A stretch of 64,000 nt of DNA from Spirobacillus cienkowskii (lineage in GTDB: Bacteria; Bdellovibrionota_B; Oligoflexia; Silvanigrellales; Silvanigrellaceae), in the NCBI RefSeq assembly GCF_037081835.1, contig NZ_CP146516.1:2109577-2173576 (forward strand), read 5' to 3'. The notes under the pieces were generated by a model. That model searched no databases, had not been told where the DNA came from, and saw only the letters and a program-made list of their open reading frames with translations. Positions 27,449-37,264 of this stretch are shown one piece after another; the first letter of the stretch is position 1; the number at the start of each line of letters is the position of its first letter. Made by a program: the position numbers and the translations under genes.

Positions 27449-30055
27449 ATGATTACCACTAAAAATCAGCTTCCCATTGATTCTCTTTTAGATAAAATTG
27501 TAAATTTAATTCAAAATTCAAATTCTCTTATTATTCAGGCTGCACCAGGAGCTGGTAAAACAACCCGTGTGCCACAAGCACTGCTCAATATTTTCAAACA
27601 ACAAATTATTGTGTTAGAGCCACGCCGCATTGCTGCAAGGCTTTCTGCAATGCGCGTGAGTGAAGAACTTGGTGAGCCATGTGGCAATACCGTAGGGTAT
27701 CAAATTCGTTTTACAAAATTAGAAAACGAACACACTAAAATTAAATATATTACCGAAGGGTTATTTACCCGCCTGGTGTTTGCAGACCTTTATTTAAAAA
27801 ATATTTCATGCGTTGTTATTGATGAATTTCATGAAAGACATTTGCACACAGACATTGCCTTAATGCTTGTTAAGTTATTGCAAAAAACGTTACGACCAGA
27901 TTTAAAACTAATTATCATGTCTGCTACTCTTGACGTTACCGAATTAAAAAAATATCTCCCCGAAGCCAGTACAATTGTTTCCGAAGGCAAAAACTATCCT
28001 GTTACAATAAATTTTTCTACGGCAGAAGAATGCAATAAACCCCTGCCTTTTCAAGTTTTAAATGCAGTGAATAAGTTACTCAATCACCAAGAATGCCCTG
28101 GAGATATTCTTGTTTTTTTACCAGGTTTGTTTGAAATCAAACGCTGCGCAGAAACTTTAAAAGAGCACGTATCAAACTCTCAGATTGAAATTTTTACTTT
28201 AAACGCCGATACCCCAATTTCTGAACAAGAAAAAATTTTTTCTAAATTAAATAAAAAGAAAATTATTTTAGCAACCAACGTTGCCGAAACTTCCGTTACC
28301 ATTGATGGGATAACAGGTGTTATTGACTCTGGTTTAGCAAGAATTGCTGGGCATGCAAATTGGAGCGGACTCCCAACACTCGATGTGCAAAAAATCAGTC
28401 AAGCTTCGTGCATTCAACGTGCTGGGCGCGCAGGCAGAACCCAAGCAGGTATCGCGATTCGACTGTTTTCCGAATACGATTACACCATGCGGCCGCAGTT
28501 TCATAAACCCGAAATTCAGCGCACAGACATTGCACAACAAATTCTTGAATTAAAAATATTAGAACTTAAATTTAAAGAACATTACAATTTTTCATCTTAT
28601 GAAAAAGATAATTTTTTTCCATGGTTTGACCCTCCTCCGCCAAATAATATTCAATCCAGCGTTTTATTATTAAAAAGACTCAAAGCACTTGATGACGAAG
28701 AAAACATCACAGAAATAGGAAAAAAAATTGCACAATATCCTTTGCACACACGATTAGGTTGTTTACTTGTAACAGGTAAACAAAAAAATTTACTACCACA
28801 AACAATTGCAGTAGTTTCTTTAATTAATGAACGGATGATTCTTAAAAAAGGCGCTGAGGCTCCAGATATTGGACACTCTGATATTGAATTTCAGCTTAAT
28901 TTATTAAATAAAATTTATAATAAAGAAAAGCTTTCAGAAAATATTAAAAATAAAATTGATTTTTCTGCAGTTAAAAGAGTAGAAGCAATAATAAATTATC
29001 TTTGTTCTATGTTTAAAGTTTCGTTTCATTTATGTTATCAAAAAATTGATCATGAGTCATTAAGCCTTATTTTACTTTCTGGATATTGCGATCGCGTTGC
29101 GCAATTTCGCAAACAAAGTAGCAAAAATACTTTAAATAAAAAAGAATTAAATCTTTGCTTAGGTGGCGGCGCATTGCTAAGCTCATCGAGCGTAACACAC
29201 AACACCGAATTTTTACTTGCCATTGATGCAGAAGAGTCGTCACTTGCGCTGTCTCAAGCGGAAGCGAGTCAAATAAGAATATGTCATGGAATCGAACCAG
29301 AAATATTGATTGCAGCACCCGATGAATTTTTATCACAAACCGAAGAGTATTCTTGGGATTCTGCAAACCAAAGAGTACGCGGTTATAATAAAACCCTTTA
29401 TGGCAAACTCGTGTTAGAAGAACAGCCAATTAAAAAATACAATAGTCATTTTGAGGATCTTCTGAAAAAGCAACTCACCACGCAGTGGCCCAAACCTTTT
29501 GACAACGATGATGATTTGCAGTTTTTAAAAAATCGTATTCATTTAGCAGAGCAATTAGGGTATAATCTTACAATTAAACAATTTACTGATGACGATTTTA
29601 AAACATTAATTGAGTTTATTTGTGAAAATAAAAAAAGTTTTGCCGAAATTTTAGAAAAAGACTTGCAACAGTATTTAGACGATTTTTTAAATGAAGACGA
29701 TAAAAAAATACTTTCAGAACTTTTTCCAAGCTATATTAAAATTGGCAAAGGCCGAAAAGTAAAAGTACATTACGAAACCAACAAAACCCCGTGGATAGCC
29801 TCTCGGCTGCAAGATTTTTTTGGCACAGTTGAAACCCCTAAAATTGGCAAAGGCACCATTCCTGTGGTTGTGCATTTACTTGCTCCCAACATGCAAGCGA
29901 TTCAAGTGACTCAAGACTTAAAAGGATTTTGGGAGAGGGCGTATTTTGATGTTAAAAAAGAACTTTCGCGCAAATACCCCCGTCATTTGTGGCCAGATAA
30001 TCCCAAAACTGCAGAACCACCAGAATTGCATCATAAAAAACAGAAAAAAATTTAA
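27449..30055 (+). CDS. hrpB: ATP-dependent RNA helicase HrpB (DEAH-box)
   Basis: Walker A AAPGAGKTTRVPQ. DEFHERH. HA2 and C-terminal HrpB-specific domain. Likely start at the ATG at 27449 (MITTKN). Confidence 0.85.
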   Translation: MITTKNQLPIDSLLDKIVNLIQNSNSLIIQAAPGAGKTTRVPQALLNIFKQQIIVLEPRRIAARLSAMRVSEELGEPCGNTVGYQIRFTKLENEHTKIKYITEGLFTRLVFADLYLKNISCVVIDEFHERHLHTDIALMLVKLLQKTLRPDLKLIIMSATLDVTELKKYLPEASTIVSEGKNYPVTINFSTAEECNKPLPFQVLNAVNKLLNHQECPGDILVFLPGLFEIKRCAETLKEHVSNSQIEIFTLNADTPISEQEKIFSKLNKKKIILATNVAETSVTIDGITGVIDSGLARIAGHANWSGLPTLDVQKISQASCIQRAGRAGRTQAGIAIRLFSEYDYTMRPQFHKPEIQRTDIAQQILELKILELKFKEHYNFSSYEKDNFFPWFDPPPPNNIQSSVLLLKRLKALDDEENITEIGKKIAQYPLHTRLGCLLVTGKQKNLLPQTIAVVSLINERMILKKGAEAPDIGHSDIEFQLNLLNKIYNKEKLSENIKNKIDFSAVKRVEAIINYLCSMFKVSFHLCYQKIDHESLSLILLSGYCDRVAQFRKQSSKNTLNKKELNLCLGGGALLSSSSVTHNTEFLLAIDAEESSLALSQAEASQIRICHGIEPEILIAAPDEFLSQTEEYSWDSANQRVRGYNKTLYGKLVLEEQPIKKYNSHFEDLLKKQLTTQWPKPFDNDDDLQFLKNRIHLAEQLGYNLTIKQFTDDDFKTLIEFICENKKSFAEILEKDLQQYLDDFLNEDDKKILSELFPSYIKIGKGRKVKVHYETNKTPWIASRLQDFFGTVETPKIGKGTIPVVVHLLAPNMQAIQVTQDLKGFWERAYFDVKKELSRKYPRHLWPDNPKTAEPPELHHKKQKKI

Positions 30056-30449
30056 CTTTACAACAAAAAAAACTAATGATTACAAAAGAATTTAAGACAA
30101 TTTTAAATAATAATGACAAGATTTAAAAGTTTATTATTACAATATTTAAAAATATAATAAAATAATTTTTCTTTATAATTATAAATGTATTAATAAATTG
30201 ATATTAAAAATAATACATAAATATATTTTCAAAATTTAAAAAACATGATTTTTCCAATTATTTTCAATTCATTACAAACTTATTCAATAATAATAATCAA
30301 TTTTATTGATTTATTTAAATTTTAATATACATTACAGCCTGTGGTTTTAGTGGGGTTTTACTTATGCTATTTAAATTAGTTTATAAAAATTAGTTAAATT
30401 TTTAATCAGTGCGTTTTTTAAACAAAACTCGTATTAGAAATCTTTATGA

Positions 30450-31376
30450 TTGGAAACTAAGATGATAACTTCTACAGATTTTCTTTACAAACTAAAAAGT
30501 AGTATTGAGAATGAAAACTTTAAAGTAGGTTTTATGGGTTTTGGTGGAAATAAAATAATTTGTTATAATAACAAGAGAAAATACACACCAAAAACAATTT
30601 CAGAAATATATAATAAATATTTAAAAATAATTAATAATAATCTTGATGTAAACAAAAAAATTATTCATGAAATACATTTAATAATTTCTAATACACTAAA
30701 ATCATATAGTTTTTCAAGATCTCGTAGCACAATAGAGTACTATAAATACTTATTATATATAATCGAATTTTTTATTTTCCATGACTTAAATAAAAAAATA
30801 TCTATTAATTGCAGCTCATATTTAGCCTTAAATTTAATCTTAAATTTAGATTATGAAACTTTACTAAATAAAGCAGAAAACGAGATTAAATTTAAAAATA
30901 ATTTAAATCATAATACAATTATTTCTTTACTTCATAAAGCTAAAAAATGGGAAACTCGTGAGACAATTTTACAAGACGCTCAATCAGGCGCATTTAATTT
31001 TGCGATTCCTGAAAAACTATCTATAACACAAATAGAAAATTTTAATCGATCATTAAATTATAGATTTGTAATTGATGATTTTGGCATAATAATCTTTGGG
31101 CATGGCAATAATATTTTTAAAGAAACAGGCGAGATTATGTCTTATAATGGTATTAAAGTCGCTTCTCACGCAGCTCTTAATAACTACGAAAATGTCATTT
31201 CTGCAGGAAAAGTTTATTTTGATTCACATATAAATCAATTTACAATAATTAACAATTATTCTGGACATTATAAACCTAATGCAAATTCTATTAGATTAGC
31301 AAGAATTTTATTTTTCTATCATTTTCCTAAACATAGTAAAGGTTTAATTATGAAAGTGATTAGTTTTGCTAAATAA
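30450..31376 (+). CDS. hypothetical protein (308 aa) in an extremely AT-rich islet
   Basis: An ORF only. It is preceded by about 390 nt of very AT-rich non-coding DNA. No recognisable motif. Confidence 0.4.
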   Translation: METKMITSTDFLYKLKSSIENENFKVGFMGFGGNKIICYNNKRKYTPKTISEIYNKYLKIINNNLDVNKKIIHEIHLIISNTLKSYSFSRSRSTIEYYKYLLYIIEFFIFHDLNKKISINCSSYLALNLILNLDYETLLNKAENEIKFKNNLNHNTIISLLHKAKKWETRETILQDAQSGAFNFAIPEKLSITQIENFNRSLNYRFVIDDFGIIIFGHGNNIFKETGEIMSYNGIKVASHAALNNYENVISAGKVYFDSHINQFTIINNYSGHYKPNANSIRLARILFFYHFPKHSKGLIMKVISFAK

Positions 31377-31552
31377 ACTAGGTCAGCCACAAGGAGTGAG
31401 ATCAACTTTAGTGCACACATCAATAAACCACTGTAAAAAAATCTTCTTTACGAGAAAGACTTATTCCTTTTTCATTAATTTTTAGTGATCCAAAACCCCT
31501 ACACGATATTTTTTCTTTCACTAAAAATTTTTTTAAAAAATTAAAAAATTTA

Positions 31553-32449
31553 TTAAAATCCCTCACCAATCAAACAAGATAATGGTTCAAAAACAACGAC
31601 ACCAGCAACTCTTAATCGTGTAAAAATAACATACTCAAGCCTATGAGCTTGAATAGGTAAAAATTCTGTTTCATGCGGAATTTTCAGCACAATTTTTTGA
31701 GGATCCTTTTTAAAAAACATAATTACATCCGAACCATTCTCGCCAGCTTTATTAAAATAAGGAACCTTGTAGATATTTTTAATTTCTGGTTTTGATTGTT
31801 TAAATATTTCAATAATCGGTATCGCATCTGTATCAGAATAAGGCGTATCGTGTAATGTATTATAAAGATCAGAAGCCAAAGCGACAGAATCAGGTGTTTC
31901 CATTTCATTCGTTGTTTTAGTAATAGTATTAAACATCTCGTTTAAATCGTTTAATTTTTCTTGAGATGTTTTTTCTTTCCAAGAAGTTTTACCCAATGAA
32001 TTCTGCAGTGGAGCAAACCGTGGAATAGTTGAATGATTTAAAATTCCTTGAGTTCCAAGCTGTTCATCACCTTTAAAAGCTAATTTTTCAATAATTTTTG
32101 CGTTTTCTTTTAAAGCAAGGACTACTTTTTTTGCATCTAAAGAAACGCCAGTACGTTGTGCTTTTTTTATCTCATCAATGCTATAAGAAAAAGAGCTCCG
32201 AACAGAAAAAACTTCAATAAAATTTTTTTTGCTGACATCCACGCGAGGAGTATCTTTCGCAGCATATCTTTCCAATATTTTTGAAATATTTCTTTCTTTA
32301 AAAGAACACCACTCAATAATATCTACACCGTCTCCATCAGAATAATCAATCGGAAAAACCTCTTTAGCAGTTAATCCTGGAAATTTTGTTTTGCATGCTT
32401 GTGGGATAATAACCTTTAATTGTTCTTCTAAAAAAATTGAATCTTGCAT
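31553..32449 (-). CDS. hypothetical protein (about 298 aa), convergent with the previous ORF
   Basis: An ORF with a GGAGGA RBS before the ATG at 32449. No recognisable motif. Confidence 0.45.
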   Translation of the reverse strand: MQDSIFLEEQLKVIIPQACKTKFPGLTAKEVFPIDYSDGDGVDIIEWCSFKERNISKILERYAAKDTPRVDVSKKNFIEVFSVRSSFSYSIDEIKKAQRTGVSLDAKKVVLALKENAKIIEKLAFKGDEQLGTQGILNHSTIPRFAPLQNSLGKTSWKEKTSQEKLNDLNEMFNTITKTTNEMETPDSVALASDLYNTLHDTPYSDTDAIPIIEIFKQSKPEIKNIYKVPYFNKAGENGSDVIMFFKKDPQKIVLKIPHETEFLPIQAHRLEYVIFTRLRVAGVVVFEPLSCLIGEGF

Positions 32450-32799
32450 TATTTTTTTCCTCCGCATTTACAAATTTACTATTAAGAATATTTTAATACT
32501 ATTATTTCTGTTTCTAGTAAAACTTTATTTAGTTTTGAAAAACTATAACTTATTGACATAATTCTAACCCTTCTTCAAAGTTAATAGTAAAAAAATTTTT
32601 AAAGAGTGTCTAAATTAATTTCAGCAATGAAGTGTTAGTCTTTTTTGAATCAGCAAGTTTTGATCAGTTTATTTGAAGATCATATTGAAAAAAAGCGTTA
32701 AGAAAAAAATAGTATTATTTGCGGAGTTTTTACCGTCTACATATTAGTATAAAAAAAGATTCTTGTAATTTTATGATAAATAAACCAAAGCACCCCTCC

Positions 32800-34971
32800 C
32801 TACGCATCCCAATAATGCGCCGGCTCAAAACGCTTGCCATATTTTTTGCTCAGTTCTTTTAGCTTTTCTTTTACATTTTTCTTACCCAAAACTTTGGCGT
32901 AATGAAACGGTTCACCAAGAAATGGCGGAAAACCCAAGCCAAATATCGCACCCAAATCACCATCGTCTTCGGAACGAATTATTTTTTCATCAAAACAACG
33001 CGCGGCTTCATTTAAAAATACATACACGCAACGATCAACAATGTCTTGCAAATCAAAATTTACACGTTCTGTGGCAAAGTTATTATAAATCGAAGAATCA
33101 GGTTTATCTTTTTTACCATTTTCATAAACATAAAAACCTTTATTATTTTTGCGCCCCTTACGTCCTTCTGTAGAAATAGAATCAATTTCATTTGGAACCT
33201 TAAGTCGATCAGAAAATGCATTATTTAGCACTTTAATAATATGCTCTCCTACATCAATCCCCACTTCATCGAGTAAAGTAATAGGACCAACAGGCATACC
33301 AAATTTTTCGAGTGCGTTATCAACATCTTCAATTCTTGCACCTTCTGCAACAATATTTAACGCTTCTGCAATTTGAAAAGCAAGAATGCGTGTCGTGTAA
33401 AAACCTGGACCATCGCCCACAACAATAATCTGTTTGCCCATTATAGATGCCAAATCAAACACAGCCGACGCCGCCACGGGCGAGGTTTTTTCACTAGTAA
33501 TAATTTCGACAAGAGGCATTTTAGGTACAGGCGAAAAAAAGTGCATACCCACAACATTTTCTGGCTTTTTTGCCTTTGCTGCAATACTCGCAATTGGCAA
33601 ACTACTGGTATTGGTTGCAAAAATAAAATTTGAATTGGGAATAATTTCTTCACATTTTTTTAAAACATCATGCTTTATTTTTAAATCTTCAAAAACTGCT
33701 TCAATCACAATTGCCGAAGTTTTTAGTGCAGAATAATTTAACGATGGGCTTACACGATAAATTTTTGAATCTCGCTCAAACCACTTTAAACGTTTTTTCT
33801 TAAAACGATCTTCAAAGTAACTACTGACTGATTTTAACCCGCGTTGCAGTCCGCCAGATTCTCTGTCAATCATCACCGCCCGAATACTTTTGTCAGCAAG
33901 AACAGTAGCAATTCCACTTCCCATTAAACCAGCACCCAAAACACCCACCGACGCACTACCAAGCTCAAGCGGTGCAGTGTAATCGCGCATTGCAGTTTCT
34001 TGCACTTGTTTTGAATATGGATTTTTCTTGGCAGCAGTCATAATTCTAAATACATGCACCAAAGAGCGACTTTCTTCGCTCACCACTAGCTCACCAAACA
34101 GTTTTGCTTCAAGCTTTAATCCTTTTTCAATCGGCATTTCAACGCCACACATCACACTTTCTAGCGCTTTTAGAGGTGCGGGATACTTACCCTTAGTGCT
34201 TTTCATGATCATGCTACGACTTTGTTTTGAAATCACAAAGCGACCTAGAGGATTGCCCTCTAATGCAATCTTTTGCATATCAAACTGACCTTGCATTGAA
34301 GAAACAATGCCTAAAGAAGAAGGTAACAGTCTTTTTTTATTTTTATTTTGCTTGCACATGGCAATCGCTTTTTCTAATAGCTGATTGTCTGGCACAAGAT
34401 CATCCACTAAGCCAAGCTTTAATGCTTTTTTTCCATCAACTTTTTTACCGGTTAAAATTAAATCTAAGGCAGGAGCAATACCGATTAATCGCGGCAACCT
34501 TTGTGTTCCGCCGCCGCCTGGTAATATTCCCAATTGCACCTCAGGCAAACCCAGTTGCGTGCTACGATGCGTGGTACAAATTCTGTAATGACATGCTAAA
34601 GATAATTCTAAACCACCACCCAAACATGTCCCATGAATTGCGGCAATTGTTGGAACTTTAGAATTTGCAAAGTAACCAACAATGCGATGAAGTTCTTGAC
34701 TTGCCGTTTCGCCAGCTTGTTGGCTTGTAAACGTATCAAAAATAGAAATGTCAGCTCCAGCAGCAAAACAATTTTTCTTTGATGATGTAACAACAACGCC
34801 TTGTAATTTTTCATAAGAAAAAATTTTTGGCAGATTTTCATCCAAATCTTCTAATAAAGGAACAGTAAAACTATTAACAGCTTTGCTTTCATCATTCATA
34901 TCTATAATACAAATATCATCACGCATCGAAAAATGCAGAATTTTAGACTTAGAAGTTAAATTTAGCACCAT
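32800..34971 (-). CDS. fadJ: fatty-acid oxidation complex alpha subunit (enoyl-CoA hydratase / 3-hydroxyacyl-CoA dehydrogenase), FadJ/FadB-like
   Basis: Crotonase fold at the N-terminus. NAD-binding GAGLMGSGIA. 3HCDH C-terminal domain. The true start is the ATG at 34971 (MVLNLTSK), which has a GAGGA RBS. The N-terminal extension in the ORF track is spurious. Confidence 0.85.
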   Translation of the reverse strand: MVLNLTSKSKILHFSMRDDICIIDMNDESKAVNSFTVPLLEDLDENLPKIFSYEKLQGVVVTSSKKNCFAAGADISIFDTFTSQQAGETASQELHRIVGYFANSKVPTIAAIHGTCLGGGLELSLACHYRICTTHRSTQLGLPEVQLGILPGGGGTQRLPRLIGIAPALDLILTGKKVDGKKALKLGLVDDLVPDNQLLEKAIAMCKQNKNKKRLLPSSLGIVSSMQGQFDMQKIALEGNPLGRFVISKQSRSMIMKSTKGKYPAPLKALESVMCGVEMPIEKGLKLEAKLFGELVVSEESRSLVHVFRIMTAAKKNPYSKQVQETAMRDYTAPLELGSASVGVLGAGLMGSGIATVLADKSIRAVMIDRESGGLQRGLKSVSSYFEDRFKKKRLKWFERDSKIYRVSPSLNYSALKTSAIVIEAVFEDLKIKHDVLKKCEEIIPNSNFIFATNTSSLPIASIAAKAKKPENVVGMHFFSPVPKMPLVEIITSEKTSPVAASAVFDLASIMGKQIIVVGDGPGFYTTRILAFQIAEALNIVAEGARIEDVDNALEKFGMPVGPITLLDEVGIDVGEHIIKVLNNAFSDRLKVPNEIDSISTEGRKGRKNNKGFYVYENGKKDKPDSSIYNNFATERVNFDLQDIVDRCVYVFLNEAARCFDEKIIRSEDDGDLGAIFGLGFPPFLGEPFHYAKVLGKKNVKEKLKELSKKYGKRFEPAHYWDA

Positions 34972-34997
34972 TTTGTCGTCCTCGTTTATTAAAAAAT

Positions 34998-36332
34998 TTA
35001 TAACTTTGACTCTAGCAAAACAGCCATACCCATACCACCGGCGGCACAAACAGCGACAACTGCGTATTTGGCATTTTTTCTTTTTGCTATGCGTAATGCA
35101 TTGCCAATAAGTCGCGCTCCTGTTGCACCAAACGGATGCCCAATTGCAATTGCACCACCTTGAATATTTAATTTTTCTGGAGGAATGACACCAAACACGG
35201 GCATGCCTAATTTTTCTTTGCAAAATGTTTCATTATTCATGCAATCCAAACAACTTAACACCTGTCCGGCAAAGGCTTCATGAATTTCATAAACACCAAC
35301 GTCATCTTTTTTAAGATTATTTCGTTTTAACAATTGCGGAATTGCATAAGCAGGACCTATTAAAAGCTGATCATTAGGATCAACTGCCACAGTGACAAAA
35401 TCTAACACGTAGCCTAAAGTTGGAAGTTTTTTTTCTGCAACATAAGACTCGCTTGCAAGCAACACAGCAGCTGCACCATCAGTCAATGGGCTTGCATTGC
35501 CCGCGGTGATTGTTCCATTTTTTCTATCAAACACAGGTTTTAATTTTGCCAATGATTCTAATGAAGAATCTGCTCTCACCATATTATCTTTATCAACAAA
35601 AATACTTTTATCTTTACCAGACCAAACAGGAATAATTTCATCGTTAAAATAGCTTGATTCTGCTGCTTTTGCAGCATTATTATGACTTTTAAATGCAAGA
35701 TCGTCTTGTCTTGCACGAGAAATATTATTTTTTACAGCCATAATTTCTGCATGTTCACCCATTGTTAAACCTGTAAAAGGCTCTGCAAGCGCTGGGGCTT
35801 TCGGCAAAAACCATTTTGGGCTTACAGATGCAATGAGAGAAAGTCTTTCTTTTAAAGAACGCGCGCGTGACATTTTGGTTAAAAATCGTCTTGCTTCATC
35901 AGAAAAAGGAATTGGAACATCCGATAAAACCTCAACTCCTCCAGCTAAAACAAGAGCATTTTTACCAAGTAAAATTCGATCACACGCAATTTCTACAGTT
36001 TGTAACGACGACGTGCAGGCTTTATTTAAAGTAAACCCTGCAATATTTGTTGGCAGCCCAGAAAACAACACAATTTCTCTTGCCAAGTTTGCGTTTTTTG
36101 TTTGAGGAATCACCACACCCCAAATGCATTCGTCAATATCACTTGCCTCTACTCCTGTTCGAGCAATAATCTCGCTTGCCACGCGCAAACTTAATGATAG
36201 TGCGGTTTCTTGTTCAAATACTCCAAAAGATTTTACAAACGGAGTTCTTAGAGTACTAATAACAGCAACTCGTGCTCCTTTTGCGCTATTGCTTTTTTTA
36301 AAATTTTGCTCTTGGCTCTCGTTAATGACCAT
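34998..36332 (-). CDS. fadI: 3-ketoacyl-CoA thiolase (FadI/FadA-like)
   Basis: Thiolase active-site regions (…NKACTSSLQ…, C-terminal …CAAGGMGMA…). Lies upstream of fadJ in the same operon. Confidence 0.85.
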   Translation of the reverse strand: MVINESQEQNFKKSNSAKGARVAVISTLRTPFVKSFGVFEQETALSLSLRVASEIIARTGVEASDIDECIWGVVIPQTKNANLAREIVLFSGLPTNIAGFTLNKACTSSLQTVEIACDRILLGKNALVLAGGVEVLSDVPIPFSDEARRFLTKMSRARSLKERLSLIASVSPKWFLPKAPALAEPFTGLTMGEHAEIMAVKNNISRARQDDLAFKSHNNAAKAAESSYFNDEIIPVWSGKDKSIFVDKDNMVRADSSLESLAKLKPVFDRKNGTITAGNASPLTDGAAAVLLASESYVAEKKLPTLGYVLDFVTVAVDPNDQLLIGPAYAIPQLLKRNNLKKDDVGVYEIHEAFAGQVLSCLDCMNNETFCKEKLGMPVFGVIPPEKLNIQGGAIAIGHPFGATGARLIGNALRIAKRKNAKYAVVAVCAAGGMGMAVLLESKL

Positions 36333-36526
36333 TCTGCACCTCGCTTTTGATTAATTCAAAATCTACTAAAATAATGTTTCATAGAGTAACAGAATATTTA
36401 AAAAAAAGCATACTCTTTCCATTCACAGTACAAAATGGTAAATCACAAGCAGCTTTAACGCATATGAATGTATGTGAAAGCAAAAAGCTTAGTGATAAAA
36501 AATTTGTATAGATCAAGGAATCATTT

Positions 36527-37240
36527 ATGGGACGTCACAATACAATTGCTGGTCGCATGGCATCAAGTGCTGCGGCAAAGGCAAGACTTTTTACAAAACT
36601 CGCGCGGGAAATTATGGTTGCTGCTCGATCTGGAAGCGACATCAATACAAACTCAGCCTTACGAACTGCGGTAAACAAAGCAAAAGATAACAGCATGCCT
36701 AAAGACAACATCGAACGAGCCATTAAAAAAGGGTCGGGCGAAATGACAGGAATGAGTTTTGAGGAGATCACATACGAAGGCTATGGACCTAATGGCTCTG
36801 CAATTATGGTTGAAGTTTTAACAGACAACAGAAATCGCACTCATCCAGAACTGAGAAGAATTTTTCAAAAGCATGGTGGCAATTTGGGAGAAATGGGTGT
36901 CGTTGCTTGGATTTTTAAAAAACGTGGTGTTTTTGTTGTTGATGTTAATAAAGTATCTGAAGATAAAATAATGGAAATTGCACTCGATGCAGGAGCAGAA
37001 GACATCGAAACCAACGACGGTTTTTCAACTATTTATAGTGAAGTGCCTTATTTTAATCAACTTCGCGAAGCACTTATTACGGCAGAAATTCCATTTGAAA
37101 AAGCGGGACTTGAGCTTATTCCCGATAATTTTGTAAATTTAAAAGACGAACAAGCTAGACAAGCATTAGAACTTATAGATAAACTTGAAGAACATGATGA
37201 TGTTCAAAATGTTTATCATAATTTTGAGATTGAAGAATAA
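36527..37240 (+). CDS. yebC: YebC/PmpR family DNA-binding transcriptional regulator
   Basis: Conserved YebC pattern (…RTAVNKAKDNSMPKDNIERAIKKGSGE…). Confidence 0.8.
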   Translation: MGRHNTIAGRMASSAAAKARLFTKLAREIMVAARSGSDINTNSALRTAVNKAKDNSMPKDNIERAIKKGSGEMTGMSFEEITYEGYGPNGSAIMVEVLTDNRNRTHPELRRIFQKHGGNLGEMGVVAWIFKKRGVFVVDVNKVSEDKIMEIALDAGAEDIETNDGFSTIYSEVPYFNQLREALITAEIPFEKAGLELIPDNFVNLKDEQARQALELIDKLEEHDDVQNVYHNFEIEE

Positions 37241-37264
37241 TTATTGTTAACTTGCGGAGATTTT

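Noticed and set aside
34972-35223. N-terminal 84-aa extension of the fadJ ORF (MQRKIRHARVW…) as given in the ORF track
   Set aside because: It is Cys/Arg/Trp-rich and non-homologous, and it overlaps the fadI 3' end. A GAGGA RBS precedes the internal ATG at 34971 (MVLNL…), which aligns with FadJ N-termini.
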